Shown here piece by piece: positions 60,703 to 64,000 of a stretch of DNA of 64,000 nt (positions are counted from its first letter, which is position 1; the number at the start of each line of letters is the position of its first letter). The position numbers were made by a program, and so were the translations under genes. Below the pieces are notes generated by a model that saw only the letters and a program-made list of their open reading frames with translations, was not told the origin of the DNA and made no database searches. This DNA comes from Podarcis liolepis (taxonomy: Eukaryota), in NCBI GenBank assembly GCA_965112155.1, contig OZ218110.1; one strand, given 5' to 3'.

Positions 60703-61887
60703 GTTTTTTTTATTGATTTTACAATTTTAACTTCAACAATTATTCTTTGTAAAAAAGAGAACAAAAGCAAAAACACAAAACAGAAACAACAAAAACAACA
60801 ACAAAAATATAAAAACATAAACATCAAACATCAACACTTTTTCCAATATATAAACATCATCTCTTTCTTTTGGGGAGGTTCTCTTTAACCTCCTGACTTT
60901 CCTCCATTCCCTTTTCTGGTTCATTGAATGTATACATTTTCTGCATAATTATAATTAAACCTCTTATTCTTATTCTCATTATTTTATCAACATTTAACTG
61001 ATTACCATCAAACCTTAATATCTCAATTCGAATTTCCTTTCTTTAACTTTATCTCATTTTTAACTGCTTGCAAATATTTAATCAAAGCCTCCCAATGTTT
61101 CTACTTGTTTGCAATATTTTTGTTCATACACAATAAAGGTTTCCCTTTTTTTTGAAATTTTTCATTATCAATCTCTCTAAGCTTTTCTGTGAGTTTAGCC
61201 ATTTCAGCATAGTCCATCAATTTCAGTTCCATTCTTCTATTGTTGGTATCATGTCTTCCTTCCATTTTGGGCTAATAGAATCTGGGCTGTTGCTGTTGCG
61301 TACATAAACAATTTATTATTTTCCTTCAAGATCTGGCTTCCTGTTATTCCTAATTCTGTTTTTTTAATAAAAGTCAATTTAAACATTTTCTTCAATTCGT
61401 TATATATCATTTCCCAGTAACTTTTAACCATTTAACGTTCCTACCACATGTGGTAAAAGGTACCCTCTTTTTCTTTGAATTTCTTTGAATTTCCAACATT
61501 TATTAGAACTTGTTCTATACATTTAGCAAGTTTTACTGGTGTTATGTACCAACAGTACATCAATTTCATATAGTTCTCTTTCAGTGTTGTACATGCAGTG
61601 AATTTCAGATTCACCTTCCAAATTTCCCCCAATCACTCATTTGAGTATTATGTCCCAGATCTTTTGCCCACTTAATCATCACACATTGAACCTCTTCATC
61701 CTTTGTTTCCCATTCTAGCAGCAAGCTGTACATTTTCTTCAATAATTTTAATTCAATAATCTTTTAAATCTAGATATTGAGTAACTTTTTATCCTCTTTA
61801 AAAATCTCATTTAGTTGAAAATATTGTAACTGATCTGTTATCTTTTCTCTTATTTCCTCAAATTTTCTTAATTTTAATTGATTTTTC

Positions 61888-61932
<45 letters not shown>

Positions 61933-62095
61933 TGAGATTTTCAGTTAAACAGAAAACATCATGTTTTAACTAAAAACTTTTGACTGTTTGTTTTGGTTTG
62001 TTTTCTGTTTAATTGATTTTCCATTTCAATTAGGAGCTCTCTATATGTTGGCCAATTTGTCCTCATATTTATCTTTTTGAGAGATATTGCTTCCA
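60703..62095 (-). mobile_element. 5'-truncated, decayed L1-clade LINE (ORF2 C-terminus plus 3' UTR)
   Basis: Peptides WKVNLKFTACTTLKENYMKLMYCWYITPVKL, EGTFYHMW and LFMYATATAQILLAQ; T-rich tail at about 60704; internal (ATT)n at 61888-61931. Confidence 0.8.
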
Positions 62096-62529
62096 GATAT
62101 TGCTTTCAGAGCCATCACCCTTTCCAGATGGCGAATTTGAAACTCAATAGCCTCATCACATGATCAAATGCTACTTTAGTTTAGAGTAACAGAAAACAAT
62201 CTAGAGGCAATCATTAACCCATTTAGGAGCTAAAAAAACTACAGTGGTAAAACCCTGTGTTAGCAATACACATTTAGACTTTTTTCATTTTAAAGCTTCA
62301 TTAATACACAGGAATTTTCCCTTTTTAGTGTCAATTAAACCAATTATACCTAACAGAATGTGTCAGTGGGTGCTGTGAAAGTGTGGCAGTGAGGTAGAAA
62401 TAATTACACCTCAAAACTTGGTTCATTTGGAGGGCTAAACTGACTTCAGTCTATCATTACTTGATGAATGTGTGGTGCCAGGTGTTGGATGAACAACACT
62501 GTGACCATATTGGATTCTGTGGTTTGTAA

Positions 62530-63690
62530 GAAGTCTATCAAAATTAGCCAAGGACTGGTTCCAATATTATCAATTATTTGAAACCTTCAAATGTGATAAA
62601 TGTGATTAAAAAAGAGGATTTTGACAGAGATTTCCAGATTTGAATCAGATCTAGTAAATTCTAAAACTAAAACCCTCTCCAAAACATACCAACTCCTCCT
62701 GGACTGGGAAGTCAAGGAGGAGGAGGTTAAGTCCACAATGATCACATGGGTCCAAGTCTTTGGTTACAACATAGAGATGAGCCAAAGGGAACACCTATGG
62801 AAAGTAAATTGGAACTTTACGGCATGCTACACGTTAAGGGAGAACCTTCAAAAGATGTTATACCACTGGTATCCAACCCCTTCTAAACTCTCCAAAATGT
62901 ACAAAAGTGTGTCTAATATATGTTGGAGATACGGAGAACCAGGTGCTCCATATGTGGTGGGTTTATAAAAATATCAAAACCTTCTCGAATGACATACATG
63001 TCAGCTTCAAATAATGTTAAATGCATCCTCCCCCCCCCCAAAAAAAAACCAGAATCATTTTTATTGGGTATTACAGGAGCAGGTGTAGCCAGGAAGATAA
63101 GGAAAATCTTTCTGTATGCCACCACAGCCACGATAGTACTTTTAGCAAAACATTTGAAGCGTGACCAAATCCCCATCAGATCAGAATTGGTAGAAATTAC
63201 TAAAATTGGTAGAATATGCTGAACTAGATAGTCTCTCAGAAAAGATTAAAGATAAGCAAAAACGGGAGTTCATTGATAACTGGAAACCTCTAAAGAATTA
63301 CTTAAAAAATAAGTGTTGCAATCTGAATTCAGTGGCAGCTTTTGAATAAGCTCTGTAAATAAAGGTTAAATGGGTTAAAGTAGAGTGATATACACAGATA
63401 TAAATATATTATAAATATATATGATTATATAAATATAATATAAATATATATGATCTAGAGTAATATACATAGATGCATATTAATATTTTATTATGATTTT
63501 GCTGATAAATTTAGGTAATAGGTTGATGGGAGTGAAAAGATGTTGAGAAGGACGGGAAATCAAATTTATGTAGATATATACTTCTTTGTTGGAATTTTTA
63601 TTTTGATGAGTTTGATCTACAGTCTATAAAATGTCTTTGATGTATGGATGCAACTACAGTTAATAAAGCATAATAAATAAATAAATAATA
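62530..63690 (+). mobile_element. 5'-truncated, decayed L1-clade LINE (ORF2 C-terminus plus 3' UTR)
   Basis: Peptides LWKVNWNFTACYTLRENLQKMLYHWYPTPSKLSKMYKSVSNICWR, KPESFLLGI and FLYATTAT; (AATA)n tail. Confidence 0.8.
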
Positions 63691-64000
63691 AACCTACAAT
63701 TAAATCATCAATTAAAACAGGCAGCTTAGGCAGACAGCTTAATAGGCCAGCTGAATGTTAATATATCAACAAGAAGTGCATTCCATAATACCTATCAGGG
63801 ACTGGGCAGAGGAGAAATGGTGGAGACCCCCTCCCCAGCTTGACCCTTGTAAGGAGGAGGAAGAGGAAGACAGTTTAGATTTACAACAGGGGTTTTAGGG
63901 ATGTCATGGCTCAGAGGCAGATGAGGGTGTTAAAGAAATTTGCCCATAAATTGTTGCCTTCCTTAAGTGATTTGCAACTACCAAGAAGGCACGTTTTAGG

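Overview
Vertebrate genomic DNA, AT-rich, most likely a squamate and probably a lacertid lizard (inferred from its SINE, MITE and LINE families). The window is a chemoreceptor cluster. It has 10 apparently intact class II (gamma-group, OR6/OR11-like) olfactory receptor genes: five on the minus strand at 1.5-22 kb, four on the plus strand at 28-54 kb and one on the minus strand at 57 kb. There is also one single-frameshift OR and three truncated or degraded OR relics. A complete six-exon V2R (class C GPCR) gene sits inside the plus-strand OR run; I reconstructed it by hand at 35466-43425 (2601 nt, 866 aa). Intergenic DNA holds Tc1/mariner and hAT MITEs, tRNA-derived SINEs, CR1 and L1 fragments, solo LTRs, a perfect 54-bp-arm palindrome insertion and microsatellites. 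The most notable observations are: (i) a covarying stem-loop motif plus a long-range stem next to the poly(A) signal, shared by four diverged DIRS/LTR-like elements; (ii) an OR that lacks its own ATG and appears to take it from an upstream mini-exon; (iii) the V2R embedded among ORs, with an upstream motif it shares with neighbouring OR promoters. Repeat family names are from recognition, not database searches.
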